A DNA stretch of 64,000 nt from Longimicrobiales bacterium. GTDB taxonomy: Bacteria; Gemmatimonadota; Gemmatimonadetes; Longimicrobiales; Gaopeijiaceae. The stretch covers positions 4,128,001 to 4,192,000 of the forward strand of contig OZ250165.1 of the NCBI GenBank assembly GCA_965238005.1. The letters run 5' to 3'. The stretch's first letter is position 1. Each line of letters starts with the position of its first letter. The notes under the pieces were generated by a model. The model was not told where the DNA came from. It ran no database searches and saw only the letters and a list, made by a program, of their open reading frames with translations. Shown one piece after another: positions 50,370 to 60,894 of the stretch. Position numbers and translations under genes: made by a program.

Positions 50370-51007
50370 GTGCTCCGCATCCAGTCCGGCGACATCGTCA
50401 CGGTCACCACCATGCTCACGTCGAGCCCACGACGCCTCGAAGGCGCCGGCGTCGCGCCGGGGAGGGTCCAGCAAGCTCTCCGAGACATCTACGACCAGGT
50501 CACCGACCGGGGGCCTGGCGGGCACATCCTCACCGGGCCGATCTTCGTCGAGGGCGCGGAGCCGGGGGACGTCCTGGAGGTTCGAATGCTCTCCGTGGGT
50601 CTGTCCATGGACTACGGGTTCCGGTTCACGTCAGGGGCGCGCTCTTCGAAGTCGGGGACGGACACGCCGCCCAAGGGGATGGCGAGGTGGACCAGACGGG
50701 CATCGAAACGTCTTTGGAGGGAGAGCTTCAGCTCATCGTCCGCAAGGACATGAGTCTCGAGTGGCCCATTGGCGAGACGCCGACCCACTTCATCACGATG
50801 GGCACGCACGAGGATCTTACGGAGGCCACCAGGATCGCCGTCGATCAGACTGTGTCGTTCATTGCCGAACGGACTGGGCTCTCCCGTGAGGAAGCCTACC
50901 AGTTGAGTAGCCTCGTGGTCGACTTCCGTATCACGCAGCTGGTGGATCGGATGGTGGGCGTGCACGCCATGGTCCCTAAGTCGATCCTGGGTCTCCGGAC
51001 GCGGTAA
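50370..51007 (+). pseudogene. Acetamidase/formamidase family remnant
   Basis: GHILTGPIFVEGAEPGDVLEV, then in another frame GDGHAAQGDGEV ... EAYQLSS; N-terminus and middle missing. Confidence 0.8.
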
Positions 51008-51014
51008 CGGTACT

Positions 51015-52253
51015 CTACCGTGTCCTCGGCCAGGGAGCGCCCTGGTTCTCGGCCGTGACCGGTCCCATGCCCCGGTTGATGAACTTCTGGACCCGCTTAC
51101 CCTCGTAGGTCTCCGTCGTGAAGATGTTGCCCTGCGAGTCGGTGGCGATGCTGTGCACGGCGAAGAATAGCCCAGGCTGGCGCCCTCCGTCACCGAAGCT
51201 GTACAGGATCTCCATCGACTCACGCTCGATGACGTACACCTTCATGTTCTGGCCGTCAGCGAGGTAGATGAACCTCTGCCCGGGATCCGGCGAGAACGCG
51301 ATGTCCCACGTTGAGCCTTGGGAGAGCGTCTGGGGGGCGATGAAGACCTCTTTAACGTAGGTGCCGTCCAGCTGGAAGACCTGAATCCGGTCGGCGGCCC
51401 GGTCGCAGACGTAAAGGAGCCCGTCATTGGACGGCTCGGCGCAGTGCACCGGTCCGCGGAACTGCGGGGCTGGCGGGTCGTCGGGCGAGTAGCGGCGCAT
51501 CGCGGCTGCTTCCTCGTCGTCGGGTGGGTTGCCGTACGCACCCCAATACCGCTTGAACTCGCCCGTATTCGAGTCGATCACCACGACGCGCTTGTTGAGG
51601 TAGCCGTCGGCGATATACATCTCGTTGGCGGCTGCGTCGAAGGAGATCTTGGCGACCCTCCCGAAGCTCTCCATGTCGTGGCCGTTGCGCTCGAAGATCG
51701 TTCCTCCGTCGGCGCTGGTCCCCGCGGCGCGGGCGCCTGCGCGACCGATCTGCATGAGGAAGGTCCCGTCCCGGGCGAACTTCAACACGTGGGAATCCGA
51801 GGGGCCGTTTCCGCCGATCCACACGTTGTCCATGTGGTCCACGACGATCCCGTGGTTGGACAGCGGCCATTCATACTCGCCCGAATCCGTCGGTCCGCCC
51901 CACGATCCCACCAGATTGCCTTCCGGATCGAACTCGAGAACCGGCGGGGCCGGCTGGCAACACTCACTCAAAGGCGGATCCTGTGCGAGGCCGATCTCGG
52001 TGCGGGCGCCGAACTGGTCGGGGCTGTTGCGGTGGACGATCCAGACGTGGTCGCGCGAGTCGACCGCGACTCCGATCGAGGCCCCCTGGAGCCAGTGGTT
52101 CGGCAGCGGCTTGGGCCAGAACGGGTCCACCTCGAACATCGGTGCCTCTCCCGCGGCGGCAGCGGCCGCATCCGGTGCGCTCTCACAGCTTCCCAACGTA
52201 AGCGTGAGGGTGACCAGGATCCCAAGAATGAGGAGACTACGCGTCGGTTTCAT
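51015..52253 (-). CDS. NHL-repeat beta-propeller lipoprotein
   Basis: Lipobox LGSC; FEVDPFWPKPLP, VAVDSRDHVW, YIADGY, YVCDR, HSIATDSQGNI. Confidence 0.8.
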   Translation of the reverse strand: MKPTRSLLILGILVTLTLTLGSCESAPDAAAAAAGEAPMFEVDPFWPKPLPNHWLQGASIGVAVDSRDHVWIVHRNSPDQFGARTEIGLAQDPPLSECCQPAPPVLEFDPEGNLVGSWGGPTDSGEYEWPLSNHGIVVDHMDNVWIGGNGPSDSHVLKFARDGTFLMQIGRAGARAAGTSADGGTIFERNGHDMESFGRVAKISFDAAANEMYIADGYLNKRVVVIDSNTGEFKRYWGAYGNPPDDEEAAAMRRYSPDDPPAPQFRGPVHCAEPSNDGLLYVCDRAADRIQVFQLDGTYVKEVFIAPQTLSQGSTWDIAFSPDPGQRFIYLADGQNMKVYVIERESMEILYSFGDGGRQPGLFFAVHSIATDSQGNIFTTETYEGKRVQKFINRGMGPVTAENQGAPWPRTR

Positions 52254-52358
52254 TGCCTTCCTCCGCCCTGAATGCTAGGTGCGTGCAACGCAGGAGGCTC
52301 AGTATATGTTCACTGGGCGTGAAAAGGAAAGCGGCTATCAGCAACCTCATCCCGTATA

Positions 52359-53831
52359 TTGATGACCCGAGTGCTCCCGCTTTCGTGGCCGGGGTCAGGT
52401 CAGCGAGGCCCAGTCAGAGGGACAGCCGTGTCGAGGGGCAACCACAAAGTCATCGAGCCGTGCCTCCTCGTCGCCTTCGCGGCGACGCTCATCGTTGCAC
52501 GCCCCACCGGCTCGGTCGCACTTGCGCCTGCACTCCTCCACGAGATTCCGGGGGACGTCACGGTCCAGGCGATCATCAAGCCCGAGGGCCGGCGGTTGAG
52601 TGTGCTCGTCCGCGTGCCGCTCAGCGCCATGCAGGACATCGAGTTCCCCCTCCTCGGCCCGGGCTACCTGGACATGGCCCGGGCCGAAGCATCGCTCCGC
52701 GACGCGGCCATGTTGTGGATCGGCGAGGAGGTGGAGCTCTACGAGGGCGGCATTCGCCTCGAGGGTCAGGACCTCGTGGCCGTTCAGGCCTCGATCCCCT
52801 CGGACAAGTCGTTCGCGACATACGGGGAGGCCCTGGCCCACGTCACGGGGCCACGGCTCCCGGACGAGACGCAGCTGTACTGGCAGCAGGCGCTGCTCGA
52901 CATCCTGTTCGAGTATCCCATCGAGTCGGATCTGTCCGACTTCTCCATACGCCCGGGGCTGGAGCGACTGGCCCTGCGCGTGGTGACCGTTCTTCGGTTC
53001 CTGCCGCCCACGGGCGTCGTCCGAGCCTTCCAGTACACCGGCGACATGGGTCTGGTCAGGCTCGATCCGCGCTGGCACCAGGCCGCGCTGCGGTTCGTCG
53101 AGCTGGGCTTCTTCCACATCCTGGACGGGATCGACCACCTACTCTTCCTGCTGTGCCTGGTCATCCCGTTCCGGCGCCTCAAGCCTCTGGTCGTCATCGT
53201 CACCGCGTTCACCGTGGCCCACTCGATCACGCTCATCGCGTCGGCCTTCGGCCTGGCACCGGACACCCTCTGGTTCCCACCCCTGGTCGAGACGCTCATC
53301 GCGACATCCATCGTCTACATGGCCCTGGAGAACATCGTGGGGAAGATCGGCCTGCACCGCCGGTGGGCCATCACGTTGGGGTTCGGGCTCATCCACGGAT
53401 TCGGCTTCTCCTTCGCTCTTCGAGAGACGCTCCAGTTCGCCGGGTCCCACATGCTGATGTCGCTCCTGTCGTTCAACGTGGGCGTCGAGCTCGGCCAGCT
53501 CCTGGTGCTCGTGCTGATGATTCCGGTGCTGGAGGCTCTGTTGCGCTACGCGGTCGCCGAACGCATGGGAACGATCATCCTGTCGGCACTGGTGGCCCAC
53601 ACGGGATGGCACTGGATGACGGCCCGGGGTGGCGATCTGATCCAGTACCAGTTCCGCTGGCCCGCACTCGACATGGCGCTGCTCATGAACGCCCTCGGGT
53701 GGCTGCTGCTGATCTCGATCCTGTCAGGCGGGGGGTGGCTGGTCTACGGCTTTCTCCGGCAGACCGCGGAGCAGGGAGCCGGGGCGGAGGCGGCCGTGGG
53801 GGTGGAGGCGGCCGTCGGAGCGGAGGAGTAG
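52359..53831 (+). CDS. HupE/UreJ family membrane protein with N-terminal soluble domain
   Basis: GFFHILDGIDHLLF, AFTVAHSITL, FGLIHGFGF, FNVGVELGQ; start uncertain. Confidence 0.85.
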   Translation: MMTRVLPLSWPGSGQRGPVRGTAVSRGNHKVIEPCLLVAFAATLIVARPTGSVALAPALLHEIPGDVTVQAIIKPEGRRLSVLVRVPLSAMQDIEFPLLGPGYLDMARAEASLRDAAMLWIGEEVELYEGGIRLEGQDLVAVQASIPSDKSFATYGEALAHVTGPRLPDETQLYWQQALLDILFEYPIESDLSDFSIRPGLERLALRVVTVLRFLPPTGVVRAFQYTGDMGLVRLDPRWHQAALRFVELGFFHILDGIDHLLFLLCLVIPFRRLKPLVVIVTAFTVAHSITLIASAFGLAPDTLWFPPLVETLIATSIVYMALENIVGKIGLHRRWAITLGFGLIHGFGFSFALRETLQFAGSHMLMSLLSFNVGVELGQLLVLVLMIPVLEALLRYAVAERMGTIILSALVAHTGWHWMTARGGDLIQYQFRWPALDMALLMNALGWLLLISILSGGGWLVYGFLRQTAEQGAGAEAAVGVEAAVGAEE

Positions 53832-53893
53832 CCCCGCGGTCCGAAGGCCCGGGCATCTACTCCTCCGCCCACGACCGCCACGGCCGCAGGGAG

Positions 53894-55990
53894 CTACTGT
53901 GGCAGCTTGAGCGCCAGGTATTCTCCCGAGTGGGGGCCACCGCTGATGGCTACGACGATGTACTGCTCACCGTCCACCATGTACGTCATGGGTGAGCCGC
54001 TCTGCGGCGCCTGCATCCAAACCGCTCCCACCTGCTCCCCGGTCTCTTTGTCGTACGCCCGCAGCATGGCGCCCCGCGGGTGCTCAGGGGTCGTCGTCAC
54101 CTGCCCGTCTCCTGCGATGACCAGGGTCTTGGTGACCAGGACGCCCATGCTGCCGCGCTGACCGGTCTTCGGAATGTCCAGCCCCTCGAGCAGGGGGTGG
54201 TTCCGGATGTTGTCCGGAGTGTCACCGTGGGGGACCTGGAACTTGATCTCGCCCCGGTTCACGTCGGCGGCGGTGAGGATCCCGTATGGCGGTTTCACGA
54301 TGGGGAGGCCCTCGATAGCGGTGCCCGGTGGCCGGGCTCCCCCTCCTCCGGGCCCACCGAAGGCCGACGGCATGATGCGGGCGCCCCGGCCGGTTGCGTC
54401 AGGGTTCTGGCCGGTGCCGGCGGCGTACGCCATCCGGAAGGGCGCTCCCACGGTTCCTAGCAAGTAGGCGATGTCGGAGTGTCCTTCGGGCCCAGGAGCG
54501 ATGGACCGCGATCCGCCCGGGGAGTTCCCGGCCACCGCGTAGAACGTCTGCGTCTCCGGGTCGTAGCCGCCGCCTGGCCAGTTGACGGCCGTGCCGCTGC
54601 CGATGGAACCCAGTACCCCGTCCACGACGCCCACCATGGTCGGATTGAACGGCGTGGGCTCCCAGACGAAGTTCGCCAGGTGCTGTATCGCCCGCTCACG
54701 CAGCTCCGGCGTGAAGTCGATGACGTCGTTGGGGACGTCCAGGTAGTTGCGTGCGAAGGGTGCCGGCTTGGTCGGGATCGGCTGCGTCGGCGAAGTCTTC
54801 TCACCGGGCACGGTGCTCTGCGGGACAGGGGTCTCCACGATGGGCCACACGGGCACACCGGTCTCCCGATCGAACACGTAGAGGAAGGCCTGCTTGCTCG
54901 GCAGGGCGACCGCCTTGATCTCCCGTCCGTCGACGGTGATGTCGGCCAGGATGGGAGCCGAGGAGTTGTCGAAGTTCCAGATGGGGTGGTGCACCAGCTG
55001 GAAGTGCCAGAGCCGCTCCCCGGTCTCGAGGCTCACGGCCACGAGGCTCTCGGCGAACAGGTTGTCTCCCGGCCGGTGCCCACCGTAGAAGTCCGACGTC
55101 GGGGTCTCCACCGGCAGGTAGACGATCCCCAGCTCCTCGTCCACGGTCATCTCGGTCCAGACGCCGGTGTTCCCGTTCTTCGCCCAGGAGTCGTCCTCCC
55201 AGGTCTCGTTGCCGAACTCACCGGGTCCCGGCATGGTGTTGAAGGTCCAGTCGAGCTCGCCGGTCCGGACGTCGTAGGCCCGCACGATCCCCTTCGTGTT
55301 GTTGTGGGTCTCGACCGTCATGCCCTCTCGGAAGGACGAGCCGACGATCACCTTGTCCTTGGCGATGAGCGGGGTCGAGTGGAGGCCGATCTCCCCGGTC
55401 ACCAGGTCGATCTGCTCACCCGCTCCGATCTTCACGCCAACCTTCAGGTCGACGATGCCGCTCTCACCGAAGGACTCGATGGGCACGCCCGTCTCTGCGC
55501 GGAGGCCGATTAGTCGATAGCCCGGTGTGAAGTAGAGGACTCGGTTGTCGCCCTGGCCGTCGGTCCAGTACGCAAGGCCCCGACCCGAGAGCTGCCGTGG
55601 GGCGAGTCCACCGCGGAGACCCTCATGGAGGCTGTAAGACCAGAGCAGCTCGCCGGTCTTGGCGTCCATGGCGATGGCCGCTCGGCGCGTGCCCGCGGTT
55701 GTGTACAGCACACCGTCGATCATGAGCGGGGTGCCCTCGAGCTTGAACTCGGGGCGCGGGCCGAAGTTGTCGGTCTTGAAGCGCCACGCCACTTCGAGGT
55801 CGTCGAAGTTCGAGGCGTCGATCTGGTCGAGGGGGGAGTACTTCGTGCCTTTTTCGTCGGCCGTGTAGTGGGGCCACTCACCGTTGGCCGTGCTGGGCTT
55901 CTGGCCCGAGACGCTGGTGGTCATCCACACCACGGCCCCCGCGAGTAGCACCAGAGTCTGCACGGATCGACGCACTGTGTGCGACATCAT
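53894..55990 (-). CDS. PQQ-dependent dehydrogenase (glucose/quinate dehydrogenase-like)
   Basis: YSPLDQI, WHFQLVHHPIWNFD, NWPGG, KPPYG, SPMTYMVDGEQYIV. Confidence 0.88.
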   Translation of the reverse strand: MMSHTVRRSVQTLVLLAGAVVWMTTSVSGQKPSTANGEWPHYTADEKGTKYSPLDQIDASNFDDLEVAWRFKTDNFGPRPEFKLEGTPLMIDGVLYTTAGTRRAAIAMDAKTGELLWSYSLHEGLRGGLAPRQLSGRGLAYWTDGQGDNRVLYFTPGYRLIGLRAETGVPIESFGESGIVDLKVGVKIGAGEQIDLVTGEIGLHSTPLIAKDKVIVGSSFREGMTVETHNNTKGIVRAYDVRTGELDWTFNTMPGPGEFGNETWEDDSWAKNGNTGVWTEMTVDEELGIVYLPVETPTSDFYGGHRPGDNLFAESLVAVSLETGERLWHFQLVHHPIWNFDNSSAPILADITVDGREIKAVALPSKQAFLYVFDRETGVPVWPIVETPVPQSTVPGEKTSPTQPIPTKPAPFARNYLDVPNDVIDFTPELRERAIQHLANFVWEPTPFNPTMVGVVDGVLGSIGSGTAVNWPGGGYDPETQTFYAVAGNSPGGSRSIAPGPEGHSDIAYLLGTVGAPFRMAYAAGTGQNPDATGRGARIMPSAFGGPGGGGARPPGTAIEGLPIVKPPYGILTAADVNRGEIKFQVPHGDTPDNIRNHPLLEGLDIPKTGQRGSMGVLVTKTLVIAGDGQVTTTPEHPRGAMLRAYDKETGEQVGAVWMQAPQSGSPMTYMVDGEQYIVVAISGGPHSGEYLALKLPQ

Positions 55991-56382
55991 TCACCCCCGT
56001 TCCTCTCTTAAGTCCGGTTCCAGATGGAGCGTAGGGTCCAGGTTAAGGAGGCGTACAAGGGAAGGCAAGGAGAGGAGATCTCGGCCTGGGACAAGTGTTA
56101 CATATGCATGAGGTTGCGCCCAAGGGGGAGTTTCGTGAAGCGATGGCTCGCTTCCTCACGCCAGGGTCCGCGTGTCCCGGAGAGCATCGAGGGATTCAGT
56201 CCCTAGTAGAGATTCAGTCCGTAGTATGGAGCGATCCATCTCCAACTCGGGATCTACGCGTGATCGGGCCACTGCTTTCTCGGAATCACCCGTGTTGCCC
56301 ACTGCGGCCCGGACCGAATACGTTGTTCCGCTATCAGATTAGGTCACGGGCCACCACCTCACCCCTCGCCAGGAGCCGCGCC

Positions 56383-56856
56383 ATGACCCCTGTGATGACG
56401 CCCAGAGCAGCCGCGTGTTCGACCGCCACAGCCATCGCCCTGATGCTCGCAGCATGTGGAGGCGCACCCGACGCGGGCGAGGCGGACACTGCCGAGACTC
56501 AGCCGGCTCCCGCCGCTCCCTCAGTCACGATCACCCAGCCTGCCAATGACGCCGTGATAGAGGGGAGCTCGGTGCTCGTGACGCTCGAGGTCTCCGACCT
56601 GCGAATCGTCCCCGCCGGGACGCAAGAGGATGGCACGGGCCACCACCATCTGATCGTCGACGCCGATCTTCCGGAGGCTGGTGTGGCCATTCCGTCTACT
56701 CCGGGGGTCCACATCCACATGGGGGCGGCCCAGACCGAGTTCGAGCTGACCGACCTTGCGGCGGGTGAGCACACGGTCATCGCCGTGGTGGGTGACTGGG
56801 GGCACGTCCCTTTGGATCCGTGGGTGGTGGACACCGTCAGGTTCGTCGTTCAGTAG
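56383..56856 (+). CDS. DUF4399-like His-rich lipoprotein
   Basis: Lipobox LAAC; GHHHLIVD, HIHMG, GEHTV, GDWGH. Confidence 0.75.
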   Translation: MTPVMTPRAAACSTATAIALMLAACGGAPDAGEADTAETQPAPAAPSVTITQPANDAVIEGSSVLVTLEVSDLRIVPAGTQEDGTGHHHLIVDADLPEAGVAIPSTPGVHIHMGAAQTEFELTDLAAGEHTVIAVVGDWGHVPLDPWVVDTVRFVVQ

Positions 56857-56862
56857 CAGAGG

Positions 56863-58131
56863 GTGGGCGAGGGCCGACCACTGTCTGAACACCGAGTAGT
56901 CGTCGTGGGCGGGGGCGTCATCGGAGCTTGCTGTGCCTATTTCCTCGCCAAGGCCGGTGCGGCCGTCACTCTCGTGGACCGGGACGAGATCGGAAAGGGT
57001 GCTTCGTACGGCAGCGCGGGGATGGTGGCCGCCGGGCGTCCCCCCCTGAACAAGCCGAGCCGCATCCGTCAGTCTGTGAAGCTACTCCTCGATCCCGAGA
57101 GCCCGCTCTACATCCCCCTCCGCTGGGATCCCGGGCTTGCCCGGTGGTTGTGGACCTTCCGTCGGTACTCCACCAAGAGCCACCTCGAGGTGAGCATGGG
57201 TGCCCTGGCTCCGTTGGGCCACGCCACGCTCGCCCTCTTCGATTCGCTCGTGGAGGAGGAAGGGCTGGACTGTGCCTACGACCGCCAGGGCTACTACGAG
57301 ATCTGCCACACCGAGAAGGGCCTGGAGGGCGCCAAGCGGGACGCGGCCATGATGCGGGACCACGGCTACGACCCTCGTACGCTCACCGGCGAGGAGCTGC
57401 AGGAGATCGAGCCTGCCCTCCTGGATGGCGTGGCGGGAGGAGTCCACTTTCCCGATGCGGCCACCTGCGATCCCTACCGATTCGTGATAGAGATGGCTGA
57501 TCGGGCCGTCGGATACGGCGGCACCGTCCTCGCGGGTCGAGGCGTCACCGAGGTTGTGAGCGACGGAGGTGGCGTGAAGGGCGTCCGGTTGGCCGACGGT
57601 GAGGTGCTGCAGGCGGACTCGGTCGTGTTGGCTACCGGGGCCTACAGCCAGAAGCTCACAGAGAAGTTCGGCCTTCGCCTGCCGGTACAGGCGGGGAAGG
57701 GCTATCACCGTGATCTGGTACCCGGAGAGGGAGCGCCCTCGCTGAGCATCTCCTGCGTGCTCGCTGAGACGTCGGTCTTTTGCACGCCCATGGGCGACTT
57801 CACCCGCCTGGCAGGCACCTTGGAATTCTCCGGGGTGAATCACGAGCTCAGGCGGGGGCGTTTGGAGCAGCTCACCACGGCCGCGAAGCAGTACGTGGAC
57901 GGCGTGGGTGACGGTCCGCCCCGGTCGGAGTGGTGCGGCCTCAGGCCGTGCACACCCGACGGGATGCCGTTCGTCGGGCCCGTCCCCGGGCAGGACGGGC
58001 TCTTCGTCGCGACGGGACATGCCATGCTGGGCCTCACCTTGGGCCCGGTGACGGGTCAGATGATCTCCGAACAGGTGCTGGAAGGAAGGAGTTCGCTACC
58101 CACAGGTCCGTTGGGGGTAGAGCGGCTTTAG
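56863..58131 (+). CDS. FAD-dependent D-amino acid dehydrogenase family oxidoreductase
   Basis: VVGGGVIG, GKGY, WCGLRPCTPDG, TGHAMLGLTLGP. Confidence 0.88.
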   Translation: MGEGRPLSEHRVVVVGGGVIGACCAYFLAKAGAAVTLVDRDEIGKGASYGSAGMVAAGRPPLNKPSRIRQSVKLLLDPESPLYIPLRWDPGLARWLWTFRRYSTKSHLEVSMGALAPLGHATLALFDSLVEEEGLDCAYDRQGYYEICHTEKGLEGAKRDAAMMRDHGYDPRTLTGEELQEIEPALLDGVAGGVHFPDAATCDPYRFVIEMADRAVGYGGTVLAGRGVTEVVSDGGGVKGVRLADGEVLQADSVVLATGAYSQKLTEKFGLRLPVQAGKGYHRDLVPGEGAPSLSISCVLAETSVFCTPMGDFTRLAGTLEFSGVNHELRRGRLEQLTTAAKQYVDGVGDGPPRSEWCGLRPCTPDGMPFVGPVPGQDGLFVATGHAMLGLTLGPVTGQMISEQVLEGRSSLPTGPLGVERL

Positions 58132-58171
58132 GCCACTGCGGGGACCCCGCCGCCAATGTCGAGCGAGGCCC

Positions 58172-59313
58172 TCACCCCTCCGCGCTCCGCAGCCTGCCCC
58201 GGTCCACCTTTCCCAGGTGGGTCCGGGGCAGGTCGTCCATGAAGTGGATCACCCGAGGGTACGTGTGGGGCGCCAACGTCCCCTTCACGTAGAGTTGGAG
58301 CTCGGTGGCCAGGGCGTCGCTGGGCTGGCACGCGGCGTTCTCCTCTCGCACGATGAACGCGTGGGGCTTCGTGAGCCCGTCGGCGTCCACGACACGCACG
58401 ACCGCGCAGTCGTCCACTGCAGGATGCTGCAGGAGGCAGTTCTCCACCTCCTTGGGTGACAGCCACTTCCCCGAGACCTTGAGCATGTCGTCGGGGTCTC
58501 GCCCGCCGAGGTCGCTAGCCTCAAGCACGAGAGGTCCCGGGTCCCCGCGTCCTCGTGGCTCACCATGTGGTTCACCATGGTGGGCACGTTGATGAGGATG
58601 GTAGGCCGGAAGCGCCGGATCTTCTCGAAGAGGACTTCCGTCACGCAACCCTCGGGGAAGAGGACCGCCGATGCGCCCACCGAAAACGGAAAGAGGAGGT
58701 TCGATCCCGTGGCGTATCCGAAGTAGAGCTTCGGCACGGAGAGGGTGATGTCGTCCTCCGAGTATGCGAGATGTTTCTTGGCGTAACACTCCGTGGTGTT
58801 GGCGAACGAGCGATGGGGCTGGACGACGGCCTTCGGCTGCCCCGTTGTGCCCCCGGAGAAGAGCCAGATGGCCGGGTCGTCGGGGTGCGTGGGGAAGCTC
58901 TCCAGCTCGGGGCTCGCCTGGTCCAGGTAGTCCTGGAGCTCGTCTCCGCCTACTACGAGGATCCGCTGGGGGGTGTGCAGCCCCCCGGCGGCTTCCACGA
59001 ACGCGTTCGCCGTGTCGTCATGGATCAGGGCCAGCGCCGCCCCGGTGTAGCGGTAGAAGTACTCGATGGCGTCGGGCTTCAGGTCCGGGTTGACCATGAC
59101 GACGACGGCGCCGATTTTGAGCACCCCGAACAGGGCCGCCACGTACTCCGGTCCGTCCGGGAGCGCGATGATGACGCGCTGCTCCGGCTCGACGCCCGCG
59201 TCTCGTAGGACGTTGCCGAAGCGGTTGGCGAGCTCTTGGACCTCGCGGTAGGTGAGGTCACCCGAATCCGTACGAAGCGCGATCCGGTCGCCCCGCCCTT
59301 CCTGGATTCGTGC
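58172..59313 (-). pseudogene. Benzoate-CoA ligase family, 5'-truncated with internal deletion
   Basis: EGRGDRIA, WLFSGGTTGQPK, LATSAGE joined directly in another frame to DDMLKVSG near 58497. Confidence 0.8.
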
Positions 59314-59778
59314 GGCGCCGCCGTCGCGCGTGTGCTGGCCGAAGCGGGTTCCGCTGTGCTGGTGAGTGCACGCACGGAGGACGAAGTGCGGGCGGTGGCC
59401 GAGTCCATCGAGGACTCGGGTGGGTCAGCCCACTGGGCGCGGTGCGACGTGGCCGATGAATCATCCGTGATGGAGCTCGCACAGGCGGCTGCCGACAGTT
59501 TGGGGAGCATCGGCATCCTGGTGAACAATGCCGGTGTCGGGCACTCGGCGCTCCTGGTCCGGGAGACCCTGGACGACTGGAACCGTACCCTGGCGGTAAA
59601 CGCTACGGGCACCTTCCTCTGCACCCGGGCCTTCCTCCCGGGCATGATGGAGCAGGGGTGGGGGCGGGTCGTGAACGTGGCTTCTGTGGCCGGTCGCCTG
59701 GGGGGACGCTACACCTCGGCGTACGCCGCGTCCAAGCACGCCGTCCTCGGGCTGACCCGGTCGGTGGCAGGGCCGTAG
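59311..59778 (+). pseudogene. SDR oxidoreductase fragment
   Basis: CDV, LVNNAG, YAASKH present; glycine-rich N-terminus and C-terminus absent. Confidence 0.75.
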
Positions 59779-59812
59779 CCGCCCGGTCGCTGTGGGGCCT
59801 CCAAAACGTCCC

Positions 59813-60715
59813 CTACGGAGCGCCGGCGCTCTCCCTCCAGGCCGTCCACCAGAGATCCCGGAGCATGTTTACTCCCGCCGCCAGGCGCTCCACGGCAAAG
59901 CGCTTGGTCTCTGCGTGAGGTCGGTCGGGGACGAACCCGAATTCCTGCTCCAACTCGTATAGGCGGGTCACCTTCTCGTTCGACCCGAGGAGGTAGGCCC
60001 ACACCTGGTCGTGCACGTCGTCCAGGTGACGCGGCTCGGCCTCGATGAGGGGTAGTACGTCGTCCAGCTCCACGTTCGCCTGAACGAAGCCCGACTCGAA
60101 CCGGGCGTGGAAGTCACGCTCCAGGCTGAACCCCCGCGGGTTGGGTGCGTCCCTGGCCCAGCCGTTGAAGTGGATGGTGCTGTGGTGAGGCTGGGATCCG
60201 TCGGCCACGTAGTGACCCAGCACCCCGGCGTCGTTGATGATGCGCTGGGCGATCCAGTCGCGCTCGTCGCCTTCGGCGGCCCGCCACCGCTGGAAGCCCG
60301 ACTGCAGACGTTGATAGAGCTCGAGGATCCGGAACGGAAGCAAGCCGCCGTCCCTCTGGGGCATGGTCAGGTCCGTTTGCCGGTAGAGAGTCTCGAGGTA
60401 CTTGAAGCGATCGGGCGCGGCTCGTGCCGTCTCCGGTATGTTCTCCAGATCGACGTAGTGGTCGTAGCGGAAACCCTCGTTCATCTCGGTGCTGTTGCCG
60501 TCCCGCCAGCGGTCGGGCTCGTAGTTGAGGTATGCGAGCCGATCCTCGGCCGCCCGGAAGAAATCGGGCATGCTCGTCGGCAGATCGGTGGCCGCCGCCC
60601 TGCCCGCGGTCACGTGTCCGTGTCTGCCCCAGGGCGCTGGGGTGGCCGCCAGCACGACCCCGCACACGACCAGAGCCGCCGCTCTTGTAAGCCTGCCCAC
60701 CGGTGTTGCTACCAA
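59813..60715 (-). CDS. S1/P1 nuclease-like (phospholipase C/P1 fold) secreted protein
   Basis: Signal peptide then WGRHGH, HYVD, HYVADGSQPHH, FHARFE. Confidence 0.8.
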   Translation of the reverse strand: MVATPVGRLTRAAALVVCGVVLAATPAPWGRHGHVTAGRAAATDLPTSMPDFFRAAEDRLAYLNYEPDRWRDGNSTEMNEGFRYDHYVDLENIPETARAAPDRFKYLETLYRQTDLTMPQRDGGLLPFRILELYQRLQSGFQRWRAAEGDERDWIAQRIINDAGVLGHYVADGSQPHHSTIHFNGWARDAPNPRGFSLERDFHARFESGFVQANVELDDVLPLIEAEPRHLDDVHDQVWAYLLGSNEKVTRLYELEQEFGFVPDRPHAETKRFAVERLAAGVNMLRDLWWTAWRESAGAP

Positions 60716-60894
60716 GTCGCTGCCCTCCTCCTACGCCTCGATCGGAATAACACACTAACCACTTGGGGCCGGAAAGGGAGGCTCGGGAGGTCGGCTACGA
60801 CTCGTCGTCGTTCCTTGCCTGAACGCGCGCAAGCACGGGGCACTCACGCCTGAGGCGTGGGTCGCGCGGCCTGCTGTACTTCTTCCACAGCTTC

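Larger units (their letters stand above)
39009..51010. mobile_element. Decayed tRNA-Asn-anchored genomic island (right boundary uncertain)
   Basis: Integrase remnant right after tRNA; many gene fragments, IS110 remnant, excisionase-like remnant, AT-richer spacers. Confidence 0.65.
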
